The translations under genes were made by a program, and so were the position numbers. A stretch of DNA of 64,000 nt from the human T2T-CHM13v2.0 reference genome, Homo sapiens, in NCBI RefSeq assembly GCF_009914755.1, contig NC_060935.1; one strand, 5' to 3'. Positions 26,811 to 41,775 of this stretch are shown in pieces. The notes under the pieces were generated by a model. That model searched no databases. It was not told where the DNA came from and worked only from the letters and a program-made list of their open reading frames with translations. The first letter of the stretch is position 1, and every line of letters begins with the position of its first letter.

Positions 26811-29800
26811 AATATTCTCTCTCCCTGCCCTGGACACACTCCGTAATGGTGAGCTCACTACCTCATGAGGGAATCCAAGCTGCTGCTGACCATTAGAAAA
26901 GTCACACTGACCCTGAGCCAGTTGTACTCCCCGTCATTTTTACCCACTGGTCCTTGTCTTGCCTCTTGGAGTCTCATACAATAAGCCTGCTCCCTCTCCC
27001 TTCTGATGGCACTTTAGACATTGGGAGAAGGCAGGAGTCATGTCTCCCCACATCTTCCCACCTTCAGCCACACAGCCCAGTTCCCTCAGCTTTTGTGTCA
27101 GCCCTGGCTCTCCTGGGTGGTGTACTGTGAATGCACCATCATGAGGGCCCATCACACATGGACCACAAGTTCCAGCAGGTGTGGAATGCGGGGGCTCAGT
27201 CCTCTTTCGCCTGCAATCCACTTTGGAGATGAGGATTAAGGAGGGGAGGGCTGGGACTCCAGGCTGGTAGTGTTGCATGTTGCCCAGCCCAGCTAATGTG
27301 TGCAGGAGCCTGGGTACTGCATGCCCTACTGACCCCTGCTCAGGGAGACCTGACCATCTAGGGAGGCCGAGAAAGACCTGTGTTATCTACCCCTCCTCTG
27401 CCCACGTCCATCAGGAGTGGCTGACTCCCAGGGAGGGAGCAGGAGAGGCAGGGCTGCTATGAGCAGCAAGATGGAGGGTCCCACTGCCCAGGCCCAGTTG
27501 TTGGTCTGAGCTGGCTGAGCAGCTCTCCAGTGCAGAGCTTGGCGGGTAAGGCTCTAGTTGGCTCTGCGGCCCCATGGCCCACAGCTCACCCTTGACACAC
27601 GTGCCTTGCCTGGCTTTGTGGGCTTCCAGGGAGAGGTTCTGAGGTCTTCCTTGACTTTCTCTTGTGCAGGTAGAACATCTTCATTCCCAGAGAGGATGCA
27701 GAGGACGAAAGGATGAGGCCCAGAACTACCAGCTCCTCCTCCAGCCCCCTCTGCCCTGGTTCCCTGGTCCCAACCAGGCCAGACGGGGCTTGAGCCGGGA
27801 CGAGGGTTTGGAAACATGCTGGAAACCAGATGCTGTGGCGGAGCTGTGCCTTCCCAGGTAAATAAATTACACACCATACACAAACAATCTGCTGCCTGCC
27901 TCTCCCCATTCAGAGAGCGGCATGTACAGAGAACGAGCCTTCCTCCCAGAAGCAGCTTTCTTTCCTCATGGTGGGGTGAAGGCCAACGCTATTGACACAG
28001 AAGGCAGGGCCAGGGCTAGGGTGAGAGGCCACGAACTGCCCTGTGCCTCTAACACTCCCTGTCTGTTAGCACAGAGATCTCAGGTAAATGATTGCAAAAA
28101 CAGCTTTATAAGCCCTCTGCTGAGAAGGCAGCAGACAACAGCACCAGGCGACCAGCAGACCTGAGCCTTCGGAACCAGCCCATCTGCTGGGAAGGAGGCA
28201 GTGGGTGATCTGGATTCTTGGCAAGATGCTGAGGCCCAGAACACAGATGAACCCAGCCTGGCAGGCAAGGGCAGTGGAGGTTTCCTAATGGGTCAGAACC
28301 AGCACGGTCGGGCTGAGCTGAATCGCAGGCAGTGCAGGTTGGCAGAAGCTCTGCCTGGGCATCCACGCATGAGATCCAAAGCACAGGAGGGCAGGGCCTC
28401 CCCTTACAGCGGGGAGAGCTGGGAGCGGGACCTGTGTTAGAACAGACAACCTCCAGCCTGTGCAGACTTGAGCTCTGGTTCTTAATAATAGTGGAAGCCC
28501 AATCTGCCAGTGGAGACTGTAAGCAGGGAACATGGAAACGTAAGGGTGACAAGCCTTGGTTCGAGCACTGTTCGACATATTAGGATTTGATCTGGGTGAT
28601 GAAAGGCACTGAGAAGGGTACCCTAGAAATTGGATGATCCACGTTCTTGTTCTCGATTTGTCCTATAGGGTTGTGTAGCCTTTCTGGGTTGCAGTTCTCA
28701 CTCGGGAAATGTTGGGTAAAGGGGCATCTGGCTGGAAGAGAGAGAACAAGGGATGTCTCAGCCTCCAGCAAGGAGTTAAGGGCAGCACTGAGGGCCTTGT
28801 GCCCAGGGACTCTGTCCCCAGCCTGCACGCTGCACACCCTGGCACTGCCCCTACTCCTGACCGAGCGGGGATATGCAGGTAAAGATATCTGTGTCTTTGT
28901 CGGACCCAGGTTAGGGAGACTGTTGCCCCTTTAGCAGAATGGGAGGAATAAGGAGCACACCCCAGGGACAGTCAGTTGTGAAGGTGATCACATTTGGAAG
29001 AACTTGCAAAGGCTTGAGAGCAAGGGACCTGGAGAACCCATCAGCTCCTCAAAGGCTGTACCTGCAGGCACATGTGTTGGGCAGAGAAGGATAAACAACA
29101 CCCAGTGAACGTGGATGAAATGTCTCCCGGGCGTGTCTACTCCCTGACAAGCACACGGGCTGCTGCACTCATGCCAGCCTTCCCTGGGTGCCCAAGGCGG
29201 GGACATAAGAAACAGAGTGTAGGCCTCTGTGCTTATCCTAATCCCAAAATGAAGGTTCTAGTGGAACAACCCCTGGCTTGGGAGTCAGAAGACTGGTTCA
29301 GATCAGAAGGTGCCACCACTAACTGCTGTGTGACCTTGAGCAAATAAGCAGAGCCACATAGTTCAAGAAAATACCTGAATTAATCACTCAGGTTGGACAG
29401 AGACTATACACCAGGACCATCCAGCCCCAGCCCCAGCCCCTGCCCTCCAGGGGCTTATGCTCTACAAATGGCAGTAGGTTTCCATGGGCAGGATGGCAAA
29501 GGGAGGGAGTCCTGCCACCCTGCCCCAGCTGTGAAGTCTGAGCTGTCTCCATCTTGCCCCCAGGTCACAGTCTTCCCAGGCTCCTTACCCAGGCCTCGTG
29601 CTTTTGGGGGTGGCTTTCTGAGGTTTCCATTGGGGGGCAGCCAGAGGCAGAGGGCAGGGGCTGGGACTGCCTATGCATGCATGTTTGTGTGTGTTTGTGT
29701 GTGCGCAGGCGTGTTGTTGGCACGGACGTGACTCTGCATTATCCGGGCCCGTAATGAGTCCTCATTGCAATGGGTTTGATGGAATAATTATATTCTGGAA

Positions 29801-31659
29801 AAACTGCAGGAAACTGTGTTCCACTTCTTAAAGGGCAGGATCATCAAACATTTGTGCTACATTATTTGCAGTCACACCTTCTGCTGCATCTGCTCCCTTA
29901 AAAAAAAATCTCCAACTCCAATCTGATCTGAATATATAAATCTGAATTATCACAGCAAAGGCGATACGCTCACACCTTTTTTCTTTTTTTTTTTTTCTCT
30001 GTTGCCATGGTGATTAGATAAAATTCACGCCAAGTCTCCAGGGAAGGATGGAATTATTTCAGACAGTTTCTCACCCCTCTCAAGCTACTTCTCTCTGTAA
30101 CATGCCTGGGCACCATCTCGGGGCTTGGACAGGAAGACAGGCAAGAGAAGAAGGCACCAGCTCTTTGGGAAGCCTTGGGCGAGCAGAGGAAAGCGCTCAT
30201 CTTTCAGTGATGCTCTTAGTGCCAAGTATGCCTGAAGCTGCCGAGCCAGCAACACATCCTGAAAACCCACAGCCTCCTCAGTAACCCAGAAAGCCACCTG
30301 GGGGAAAAAATGGAGGCTCAGGGGGTGAAAGGCAAAGTGCCCTTGGTCAAGGTCAAGGCAACAGGAGTTGCAGATATTGACCCAGGGCCTTGGCTTTACC
30401 CTCTCCCAAGTGGAGTTGAGCAGGGAAAGAGGTTTTCCTTGAAAAGTGAGAGACTCAGCTCCCCACACCAGGTCTATGTCTGGATCCACTTTTCATCAGG
30501 GCTTCCCTAGGCCGAGATTCTCATAGGCGCTAATTACCAATGGATGTAATTTGTTAAAAGGATTTTCATAAAGGGAATTATTGACCTAATTGTTATTTAA
30601 CACCACCAATTCACAAACCTCAGCTCTGTGTGTGTGTGTGTGTGTCACTTCAATGTTTCAGAGTATACTGCAGAAGGCAGGTTCTCTCTCCCTAGAACAA
30701 GCCTTCTCATTTCTGTCAAAAGTCCCAATTCCCAGGTATGGGAGATAGGAGCCCTGATTCCAGGAGGCCTCTTGCACGGAAGCCTCAGGGAACTGAACTC
30801 AATGCCTGTGAAAGCTGAAAGTGGCTCATTATTAAAGCCATAGCTGAACAAGGAGGGGAGAGCTTTGTCAGCCAAAGCCTAGGGGTGGAACGACAATTTA
30901 TGTTTATTTACTCAGGTGACTCATGTTAGGGTCTCATTAATAATCCCACCAATAGAGAGGGAGGGGCTGGGGAACACACAATTTTAAGTGTATCTCACAG
31001 CACATCATTTTACTCAAAGGTGAGTTAAGAGAGAGCCCTGGAGGTCAGGAGAGGATGCTAGATCCCCTAAGAAGCTTAATCCAGAACTCCTCCAGGCCAG
31101 TGCACTTTGCAGAAAGGGGCACTAGCAGGTCACTGGATAAAGAAGACATCTTTGAGGCAGCCCGAGAATGTCTTCTTTGGTGGTTGGTTGGAACTTGGGC
31201 CTATTCAGCAGGGTGCCCCGGGGAAACAATGGGTCTGGAGTCAGGATGCTGAGGTTTGCTAAAGGATCTGTGAGATTCTGCTAAGAACTGTTTCTTCTCT
31301 GGACTTCAGTTTCCCAGTCTGAAAATGAGGGAGAAGAAGCCTATTTCTGTCACCGTTGGGAAACCTTGCAAATTCTAGTGTCAGGGATGAGGCTGCAGCA
31401 CGAGGGCCCTGTGGTGCGGCGAGGACACCCAGGACCACTGAGCAGGCTCTCCCAGGGCCCAGCACAGAGCCTGCGCACAGGGGTGCCCAGTGAGCCAGCA
31501 AAAACGAGTCTCTAGGTCTGCCCTGTCACTTTGCCCATGGCTGTCCCAGGGGAGCTGTGGCCCCAGGATGGTGGCAGGGGTGGGAGCACGGGAGTGGTGG
31601 GGACACAGCAAGTAACTGCACGGACTTGGAGGGTAGACAGACCTGGCTGAGTCCTGCCT

Positions 31660-31830
31660 AAGCCGCTTATTAGCTCTCAACTTCAGACAATGTAACCTCT
31701 CTAAGCCTCTGTTTCCTTGAAAGGGAAATGAAAATACATTTAAAATGCACCTCCCAGGGTTGTTGTTGGGATTAAATGATCTACAGAGCACTTAGCACAG
31801 TGCATAAAGAAAGTGCATTGAGTAAAGCCT
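31660..31830 (+). mobile_element. MIR SINE
   Basis: taacctctctaagcctctgtttcc...acctcccagggttgttgttgggattaaatga. Confidence 0.75.
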
Positions 31831-34800
31831 CAATAAATGATGATGGTGACGAAGGAGAGGAATATGGGCGGCATCATTTTAGAAAGAGGTGGTGTGAAAA
31901 CAGCAGAGGCCTGGGGCTGAGTGGTCCCGCGTTCTTCTCCTCCCTTTGCCCTTTGTTGCTGCTATGTTTGGGGCATGTCACTTAATCTCAGAGCCTTATT
32001 CTTCACTTGTAAAATGAGAGTCTGCTCCGTTGTCAACCTGTGCTATAAGTGTTGTTATTCTCAATTTTCAAATGAGAAAAGGAGAAGTTAAGCACCCAAA
32101 GTTTCACAAGGCCACGTATTAGTGTCTGAGCAGGGATAGCAACCTCAGGGTAATAATACCTCTGTGGCCTTCAAACACTGAGCATAACATGAGCTGATGT
32201 AGGCACACTTTTGTTGATTGTCAAGTGTGATGCGTGGCTAAGTTGCCACGATTCAGTCATGGTAATGAGAATCACCTTGAATTGGCAGCTGACACCTGTG
32301 ACTTAGAAGGGCTTGCCCCCAGTATCCAGACTGCAGGCCCTTAGTTAGACATGGCTGTCACTCACGCTGCATGTTGCCAGAACCTAGAAAGGAGGCCAGA
32401 GAGATTGTTCTAGAGGCCCTGGTTCTAGTTCTCATGCTGTTACTCTATGTGACTCTGGACTAGGTTGTCACTAAGGTCCTCTCCCAATTCTAAGCCTCTG
32501 TGATTCTAGGATTCATTCCTGGGGACAAGGTGAAGCAGGCATTGCTTGCAAAGGAGAGTCTTGGGCCTTACCTGAGGACAAGTAAGGGAGAAGGGAGCAA
32601 ATAGGGCCACCCAGGATGTGGAGAGGCAGCAAGAAAAGATCCTGGGGTCCTTTCCCTTTAAGAGGAGCAGAGATTCCCGACTTTTGGATCAGGGTTGAGC
32701 AAGCCTGGAATGGGGAGGGGGGTAGAAAGCCCCCAGAGCCTAGAGATTCAAAGACACCCTGCCCCTGTGAGATGCAGAAACTCTTAATTGGAGCTGTGCG
32801 TGCATCCAGCACCAATCACTCCATGATGTGCCTTTCTGAGGCAGCACAGAAGGCAGCCCTTCATTAAATCCGACACCAGGGAATTAATTCAACTCACTGC
32901 TGTCACTCTGTCTCCCTCACCCTTTCCCTCAACAGCCATTGCTCTTTGATCTTCCACACCTTTATGTCGAAAGTTCTCCTTGAGAGAGGAAGCTTCTCCT
33001 GACTGTCACCTGAGCTATGACTATATCGTGGGCCAGGACTCAGGGCTCAGCTCGGGAGGGTGCAGTGGGGAAGCACAGGGGTGATGGGGGAGCGGGGGGT
33101 GTGAGAATGGACGCACTCTCATAGAGAGAAGGTGAGGGAAGGACCACAGGCCATGAGGGATCCTTCTCCACCACCAGCAGAAGAAGCAAGGATTTGAAAG
33201 CTAATGGTGACAGCTAACTGGCTCACCCCATTTTAGCTATTCTTGAAACAGCGACTTTATAATTAAAATCCCTTCAGGAGGGAGTCATATGGGGAAGGAG
33301 GAGGGGGAAACAGAGAAGGGGCTGGAGGGAAGTTGCTGGGACCTTCTTCAGTGCCGTGCTGCCTCTTTGGCCATAGAAAATCACAGCTTCCAAATGATCC
33401 CCTCACCTACTTACGGGTGCCTCCCTCCCTACCTGCCTACCTGCCTTCTGTGTGACCCACAGTTTTCTCCTAACTCCATCCATGTGCTGAGATCCCCAGC
33501 GTGGGAGGAGCCAGGGCAGAACTTGGAGCAGGTAAATCCCTCCCAATCCATGGGGAACTGGTTACCCCGGCCACAGACAACCTTCTCCTGTTGCCCTAAT
33601 GCTATGAATCAGTATTATTTTTGTTCTGCTTGTGCTGAGAGGTGAAAACAGTTGGAAGAACTGCCCCCAAGGCCCCCAGCTCTGACATCTGTAGTCTGAG
33701 GAAATTGTGCTACACCTTTCAATGATGTCTATTGGAAGTCACTGGGTAGCGCTTGGGTTTAATTCTTCCTTCTCTATGGATCCCCTAAAGATTTGTCCAG
33801 GACTTGCAAGAAAACAGAAACACTCAAAAGACCAGGGACAGGGAACCTGAATTATGTGAACGCTAATTTATGATGGGAAGACAGTTGTTTAAGGAACTTC
33901 CCCCAAGGAAGGCCATGGCTCTGTCAGGGAAATGTTAGAAGCTAATCCAGGCTCCTGGTTGAGGTGAGGCCAAAGAGATAACGCTTGTGAAATAATTTTC
34001 TATCAGCATCCCCATTTTCTAGATGGAGTTCTGAGAGGTAAGTAACCTGTGCAAGGAGAGACCCAGCCAAGAATCCATCCCTGCCCCCCGTCTCCTCGGA
34101 TTGTCATCCCTTTCCTACCCCAGAGCTTCCTTCCCTGGGAAGATTCCCACTTGCTCAGGAATTCTATGCAGACAACATCTCCTCTTGACTACAATCAAAT
34201 TACAGAGTCAAGTCAGAAATGCAAAAAGGAACCATTTTAAAGGATTCTTGGTTTTGTTTTTTAACCTTCGTAAGAAAGTCTGACCTTTCCTTTTGATGGA
34301 GTCACAAAATCAGATGATCAGTTTTCCCCACCCACAGGAGATCTCTGAGTGTTGGGGCTGACACCATGGAAACAAAGGAGCACCTGGCTGTGGACTGAGG
34401 AAGGTGTGTCCCACCCTGTCATTGAGATGAGACATTGCACCTGTACCCCTCCCACCAAGACTACAGCCACCGGCTCCTCTGGAGTTCCTGCCATACCCAC
34501 TACCATCAGCAGCAGAGGTCCTTTGTCCTGGGAGAAGGACGGTTCTGCTGTCGGGTAATACCAACAGAGGAAAAGAGGCGGAAGCTTACTGCCATGAGTT
34601 TTCTTATGATTAAATGTGAAACACACATCAACACACTCCCTGAAATTGTGTGAAAGATCTGAAAGACCCTCTGAATTCTCCCTAGTTAGGAAGATTAATT
34701 TAGGAAGTGGAAAAAAGAAAAGTGGCTCAGGGCCCTTTTCTGTGGGGCACAGAGGCTGCCTGGCAGCCCCAGTTCAGAGCTGGGGACAGGAAGGAAGGTC

Positions 34801-36158
34801 ACTCAACATGGCAGGTGCCCAGTGGACTCTTAGGGGCAGGGATGCCTTTCTGTGTTCCACATTATCTGGCCTCCCAAAAAACCTTCAGGAAGGTCTGCAC
34901 GATATGTGTGGGTCTTTGTGAGGGTGGGATTTTTGGGAAAACCAGGAAGAAGGCTGAGGAAACATTTGGTCAGCACCAGAGCAGAGATAGAGAAGCATCC
35001 GTGAAACTCAGAGCAAGGAAGCAGAATTCGGCAGAGTTGGGAGCCAGAGCCAGCGACCACGATGAGAATACAAATCTTCCTGCGAGCTTGCAGACATCCT
35101 GGGAAGGACATGGGACATTTCCAGGGCTTAACTAAGACTAGAGACAATTTTTGTAGCTCCTCAGAGGCAGAGGCTATCCTATTGCTATCTGGGTTGTAGA
35201 AAACTGTTATTATTCTTATTTTAGACATGAGAAAGTTGAGAAATTTAGGTAAAGGGCCAAGGGCTACTAAAAGCCAGTGATCAGAAAGAGCCAACACCGA
35301 GAGGTAGCTGGTGAAAAACCCGGTTCCAGATGGTGCTGGTGGAAACAGCACGTTCAGACCAAGGAGGGGGTGATGGCCTCACTCTGCCCTCTGCTCACAC
35401 CTTTTGTGGTGTGGGGCACTCACTTTGGGAAAGACTTTGACACAACAGGGCACGCTCAGCGGTGGCTCCCTGGATGAACTCAGATCCAATGAATCCTAGG
35501 TGGGATTGCTGTAGAATTGGGGTTGCTTTGACCTGGAGGATGGGACACCAGGGTGAGGTGTGGGAGATAGAAGAGGATGGGCACTGTCCTCAAGAAATGA
35601 AGGTGCAGAGAGACAGAAGGAAACATCTGTGGAAGCTCAGGGTGGGGAGTTGGCAGGAGGAGGACCTACGGGTGGAATCTCACAAAAGCAGATTTTAGTC
35701 CCCCCATCTAAGAAGGAACTTCAGAGGACTCCCTGAAAAAGCAAAAAAGAAAAAGTAGTAGCTACTTTGCCAAGGTACCTACACTTCAATATGACTTTTT
35801 GGTGTTCAAAACTACTTCATATCTAATCTTCTTAACACATATTTGACAATTTAGAAAATGATGGAAAAGAAGCCAGAAATCATCTCTAATCTCACTATCT
35901 AGAAATAATCATGACAATCACTAATAGCCTTCAAGTATTTCTTTCAAGATATCCATCTAGGATCCCAACACAATAGAAATGATAAACACTCAAGGGGTGC
36001 TGGATATCCCAAAGACCCTGCATTGACCAGGACACATTCTATGCATGCAACATAATACCACATGTACCCCACACATATGTAAAATATTATGTACTAATAC
36101 AAAAGATATCCATCTACAAGATGTATAGAGCATACGCATTTTTAACCAATTAGGAGCC

Positions 36159-36161
<3 letters not shown>

Positions 36162-36197
<36 letters not shown>
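36162..36197 (+). repeat. (CA)n microsatellite
   Basis: Direct reading, about 18 pure units. Confidence 0.97.
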
Positions 36198-36200
<3 letters not shown>

Positions 36201-36273
36201 TATTTTTCCACCTAACATCATATTAGGATCTTTTTCTCTGTAAGTTAAAAATGCATTAAAAATATTTCCTTGT

Positions 36274-36593
36274 GGCCGGGCATGATGGCTCACACCTGTA
36301 ATCCTCAAAATCACCTCAAGCATTTTGAGAGGCTGAGGCGGGCGGATCACCTGAGGTCAGGAGTTCAAGACCAGTCTGACCAACATGGACAAACCCTGTC
36401 TCTACCAAAAATACAAAATTAGCCAGGTGTGGTGGTGAATGCCTGTAATCTCAGCTACTCAGGAGGCTGAGTCAGGAGAATCGCTTGAACCCAGGAGGTG
36501 GAGATTGCAGTGAGCCGAGATGGCGCCATTGCATCCAGCGGGGATAACAAGAGCGAAACTTCACCTCAAAAAGCAAAAACAAACAAACAAAAA
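36274..36593 (+). mobile_element. Alu (AluSp-like) with a small internal insertion
   Basis: ctgaccaacatgga, aacaagagcgaaact; extra bases at about 36305-36318. Confidence 0.9.
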
Positions 36594-36594
36594 T

Positions 36595-36887
36595 GGTCAG
36601 GCATGGTGGCTCACACCTGTAATTCCAGCACTTTGGGAGGCTGAGGCAGGTGGATCACAAGGTCAGGAATTCAAGACCAGCCTGGCCAAGATGGTGAAAC
36701 CCCGTCTCTACTCAAAATACAAAAATTAGCTGGGCATGGTGGCAGGTGCCTATAATCCCAGCTAGTCGGGAGGCTGAGGCAAATAATTGCTTGAACGTGG
36801 GAAGCGGAGGCTGTGGTGAGCCAAGATCACGCCACTGCACTCCAGCCTGGGCGACAGAGTGAGACTCCATCTCAAAAAAAAAAAAAA
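36595..36887 (+). mobile_element. Alu (AluSg-like)
   Basis: gatcacaaggtcaggaattcaagaccagcctggccaagatgg; head-to-tail with the previous Alu. Confidence 0.92.
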
Positions 36888-36927
36888 TTCTACCGTAAGT
36901 TATTTAATCATTCCTCTGTTTATTTGA

Positions 36928-37275
<348 letters not shown>

Positions 37276-38739
37276 GGCAGAACTCTTTATTGCCATCTTT
37301 GGTTATCTCTTAAGGATAGAGCCTTACAGACACGGACATCTGAGACTTCAGATACATATTGCCAAATGCTTTCCAGAAAAGGTATGCTGGGGCCTACCTG
37401 CACGAGCAGCATGTGAGCGTCCCCAACTATGCGTTTGCTTGCCAAAATCACCTCAAGGGTTCCCTACAAACAGTACTCCTCCATCGAGGAGGAGACTTGA
37501 TATATCGCTTTTCAGGAGATCGTCTGTTACATGCCTACCCATGATAAACAAGGTAGCAACTCCATCTTGCAAACACACACGCTGATATGCACATTAACTA
37601 ATTCTGTCCTCTTTGTAAACTCTGGCGATACTTCTAGACCTTAGAGGACCCCAATACAAATCCACCCTGTTGAGAATGAGACAGACTCCCTCACCCTGTA
37701 GCAGGATGCTTCTTGAGACCCGGGTCCCCGGTCCCATCAAGGCTGTGAGTGGCGTCTATAAGAAATACCCAGGGCATTAGGCTTTGTGATTTCCAAGGCC
37801 CCCTATAGCCCTGACAAACCAATTCTACCACCTGCATGTGCCACCTGTGAACTTGGGTGTGTAAGAGGGAGGGGGAAATAGAGGAGGGGCAGGACAGGGG
37901 AGATCATTGTTTCAGGATACATTGGAACAAACCTAGGTGCTTTTAAGAGCTAAAGCAAGAAGGCAGCAGCTGTTGACCCTGCCCCGCCCTCTGCCCAGGA
38001 CACCCTCTGTTCTCCGACCCTGAGGGGGGCCTCGTCCCCAGGGCTGGAAGGCAAGCAGGGGATCACATTTCTCTCTCAGGTTTCCCTATTGGCTATGACC
38101 TCGACTCCCAACTTTCTCTTGTAATGTGAGCTGGAGTTGGGAGTAGGCTTCTCCATGAGGGCGATCATCCGGGCCTCTTGAGGCCACCCATCCCTGCCCC
38201 GCAGGCCCACTCTCTTGTCTACAGGCTGCAGATACTGACTGACTCCCTCTCTGGACGGGAGGACAGAGGGCTGCTGGGTCACTCCTGCACCCCCAGCTAC
38301 AGGGAGCAGTGAAAAAAGGCCTCGCAGCCCCATAAATACTCCCAGTATTCTTAATTTTCAGTGGCCTCATGCTGAGTCTCCAGGCCCTCATTAAACTGGG
38401 AAACAGATTACAACAGGATCCCGAGGCAGACACATTTCTTCCCCTCCTGTATTTATACCACTTTTAATTGTTATTTTACAACAGTTGAGAGCACCAAGCC
38501 CTGCTCAAGGTGGCCCTGGAAGAGGGGGCAGGAAATAAATAGGGCACAGAGGGCATTGCTGAGCACCTGACCCCTCCCATCTCCATCAACAATAGCCCTC
38601 CAGAATCAGCCCCCAGACCTCGCTTTCACCAACAACCTCCTATCTCCGCACTCCCATTCCCCCAGCCCTAGATTATCATAGTGGGATGCGAAGTCCACCT
38701 CCACCATCCTAGAACTTTGCACATGGTGTTGAAATGGTT

Positions 38740-39275
38740 TGTTTTCTAATGATAACATATCATGCATACAGAAAAGCATAAAAATAATGGAAAGAGACCC
38801 ATGTTTCTTTTGGCATATTTTCTTCAGATCGTTTTTAGAAGGAACATTTTAAGAAAGAAGACATTCTGAAAACAGTTGTATTTCCCTCCACCAGCCCATC
38901 GCCTCCTCCTCAGAGGTAAGCGCTACCCTGAATATGGTGTTTATCATTTCCATGCATGTTTTTATACTTTTGCTACATATGTATGCATCCAGAAACAATA
39001 CAGAGGACTGTTTTGCATGTTTTCAAACTTTGTACAAATGGCACCATAATGTATGGCATCCTTCTACAATTTGCTTTTTTCTCTTCAATTGACACGTCCA
39101 CACTGATTTGTAAAGCTCTGGTTCACGCATTTCCCCTGCAGCATAGTATTTCATTGTGTGAGTATAACATATTTAATGTGCCAATATTGGCTTCTGATTT
39201 TTTGCTATCACAAACATGGCTACGATGACTAATCCTGTCCATGTCTTTTTGTGCACATGTGTGAGTTTCTTTAAG
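38740..39275 (-). mobile_element. L1ME-type fragment
   Basis: tgtttttatacttttgctacatatgtatgcatcc...ttttgcatgttttcaaacttt...gtctttttgtgcacatgtgtgagtttct. Confidence 0.7.
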
Positions 39276-39602
39276 GAATTTAAATTTTTGAGCTCTTTCT
39301 TATCTCTCTCCCCTGAAGGGCACAGACCTGTCACCATAGCCAAGTTCCCAGAGTAATGCAGGCACATGGGCACAGTTTGTCAAACTGGACCAATCTGGAA
39401 GGGACCTAAGGGATCATCTATTCCAGCCCCTTCACTTACAGATGAGGAAACTGACATCCAGAAAGAGGTCATAACACTATTTAGAGACAGAGCCGGAAGT
39501 AGAAACCCCATGCCCTTTTCCATTTTTCTAGCCCTATCCCTACCACACTCTAGGATAGCCAAAGACTGTTAGAAAAATGATCCAAAGGAGAGAGGGGCAT
39601 AA

Positions 39603-39931
39603 AGAGGTCACATCTGGATACTTGGCCTCTACAAGGGGGTCTCATATCTGGATACTCATCCGATAAAATGAAGCCACACTTGGACACACAGCCCACCGAG
39701 GAGTACTCACATCTGAACACCCAGCCTCCAGAGGAGGTCTCACACCTAGACTCACCTTCCAGACGAGGTCTCACACTTGGACACCCAGCCCCCGGAGAAG
39801 GCGTCAAACCTGGACTCACCTTCCAGATGAGGCCTCACACATGGACACCTGGCCCCCATAGGAGGCCTCACACCTGGACATGCTCAGACCAGGGCCTCAG
39901 CTCTGGACACCCAGCCCCCAGACTGAGGCCT
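39603..39931. repeat. Degenerate ~33-bp tandem repeat, about 10 copies
   Basis: Core at 39615, 39649, 39681, 39714, 39747, 39778, 39811, 39842, 39875, 39904; consensus approximately gaggcctcacacctggacacccagcccccagag. Confidence 0.85.
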
Positions 39932-40140
39932 GCCTTTTGTGTTCCTCCCTTCCTCCTCCTACAGAGAGTTCAGTCCAGTGGAAGACCCTGGAACCAAGAA
40001 CCAGGAGCCCCAGATGTGATGGCCTAGAGACAGATAGTGGGCTCTGATACCACATGGCTTGGATTGAGTCCCAACTTTATTCTTACTGCTATGTGACCTT
40101 GGGCAAGTTACTGCACCTCTCTGTGCTTCATTTTTTTTCA

Positions 40141-40509
<369 letters not shown>

Positions 40510-41141
40510 CTAAAAGAGTCAGTTATATCAAGCTATTCACACAGTGCCTGGCACATGGCAAGTGCTGTGCTTTATTCTCCCTGCACATTCCACACAACAA
40601 CCAGTACAGCATCGACTCATTCCATGCGGCAGGATCTCATCTCCCAGTCGCACTCTGCTACTTAGCCTTGGGCAAGACATTTCTCTGACCCCTAGTTTCC
40701 TCATCTGAACATAGTGATGACACCACCTGTCACAAGTATAAAATGAGATCAAACAACTCAAAGGGCTCTGACAAGATAAGTTCATAAAGCAGACATGGAG
40801 TGATTGTTTTATTTATCTCGTTCTGGTCTGCCGGTCGGGCCAAGTGTTTTCCCATTCATCATGGGCTATAGACCATGAGGAAACAGATAAAACACTCTGT
40901 CTTTAAAATGTGAGGTTGTGTCTGTGACAGTGCCTGGCATAGTGTCTGGTCCACAGTCCAGAAGCTGAATAAATTCTGCCCCTGGTGCCTGCTTCCTGCT
41001 GTCAATAAGTTTTTTTTTCCTTTCCTGAGTCTGGAAATAATTGCAGAGGTAAAGCCATTGCCTCTGGCCTTTGTTTGCTCATCTGTAAATGGGGGTAATT
41101 GTTTCCATGCTACATGGAATCATGATGAGAATCAAATTTTA

Positions 41142-41543
<402 letters not shown>

Positions 41544-41775
41544 CTATTTAGTTTGCCTTAGATCCCCACGTTGCTTAAACTCTGGGTATGCCATGTGGGG
41601 TCCTTCCTCCCACAGACCTCTCTGGTGAGCTCCCACATTCCCCTTGCCGGTTCCTGGGGTTAGGGCCAGCAGCCCGAGGAGGGGCACAGGAGTAAGACAG
41701 GAGTGTGGGGTATGTGACGGAGGCAGCTCTGGTCCCACCCACCTGAAGGATGCCCAGTGATAAATCCTGGGAAAT

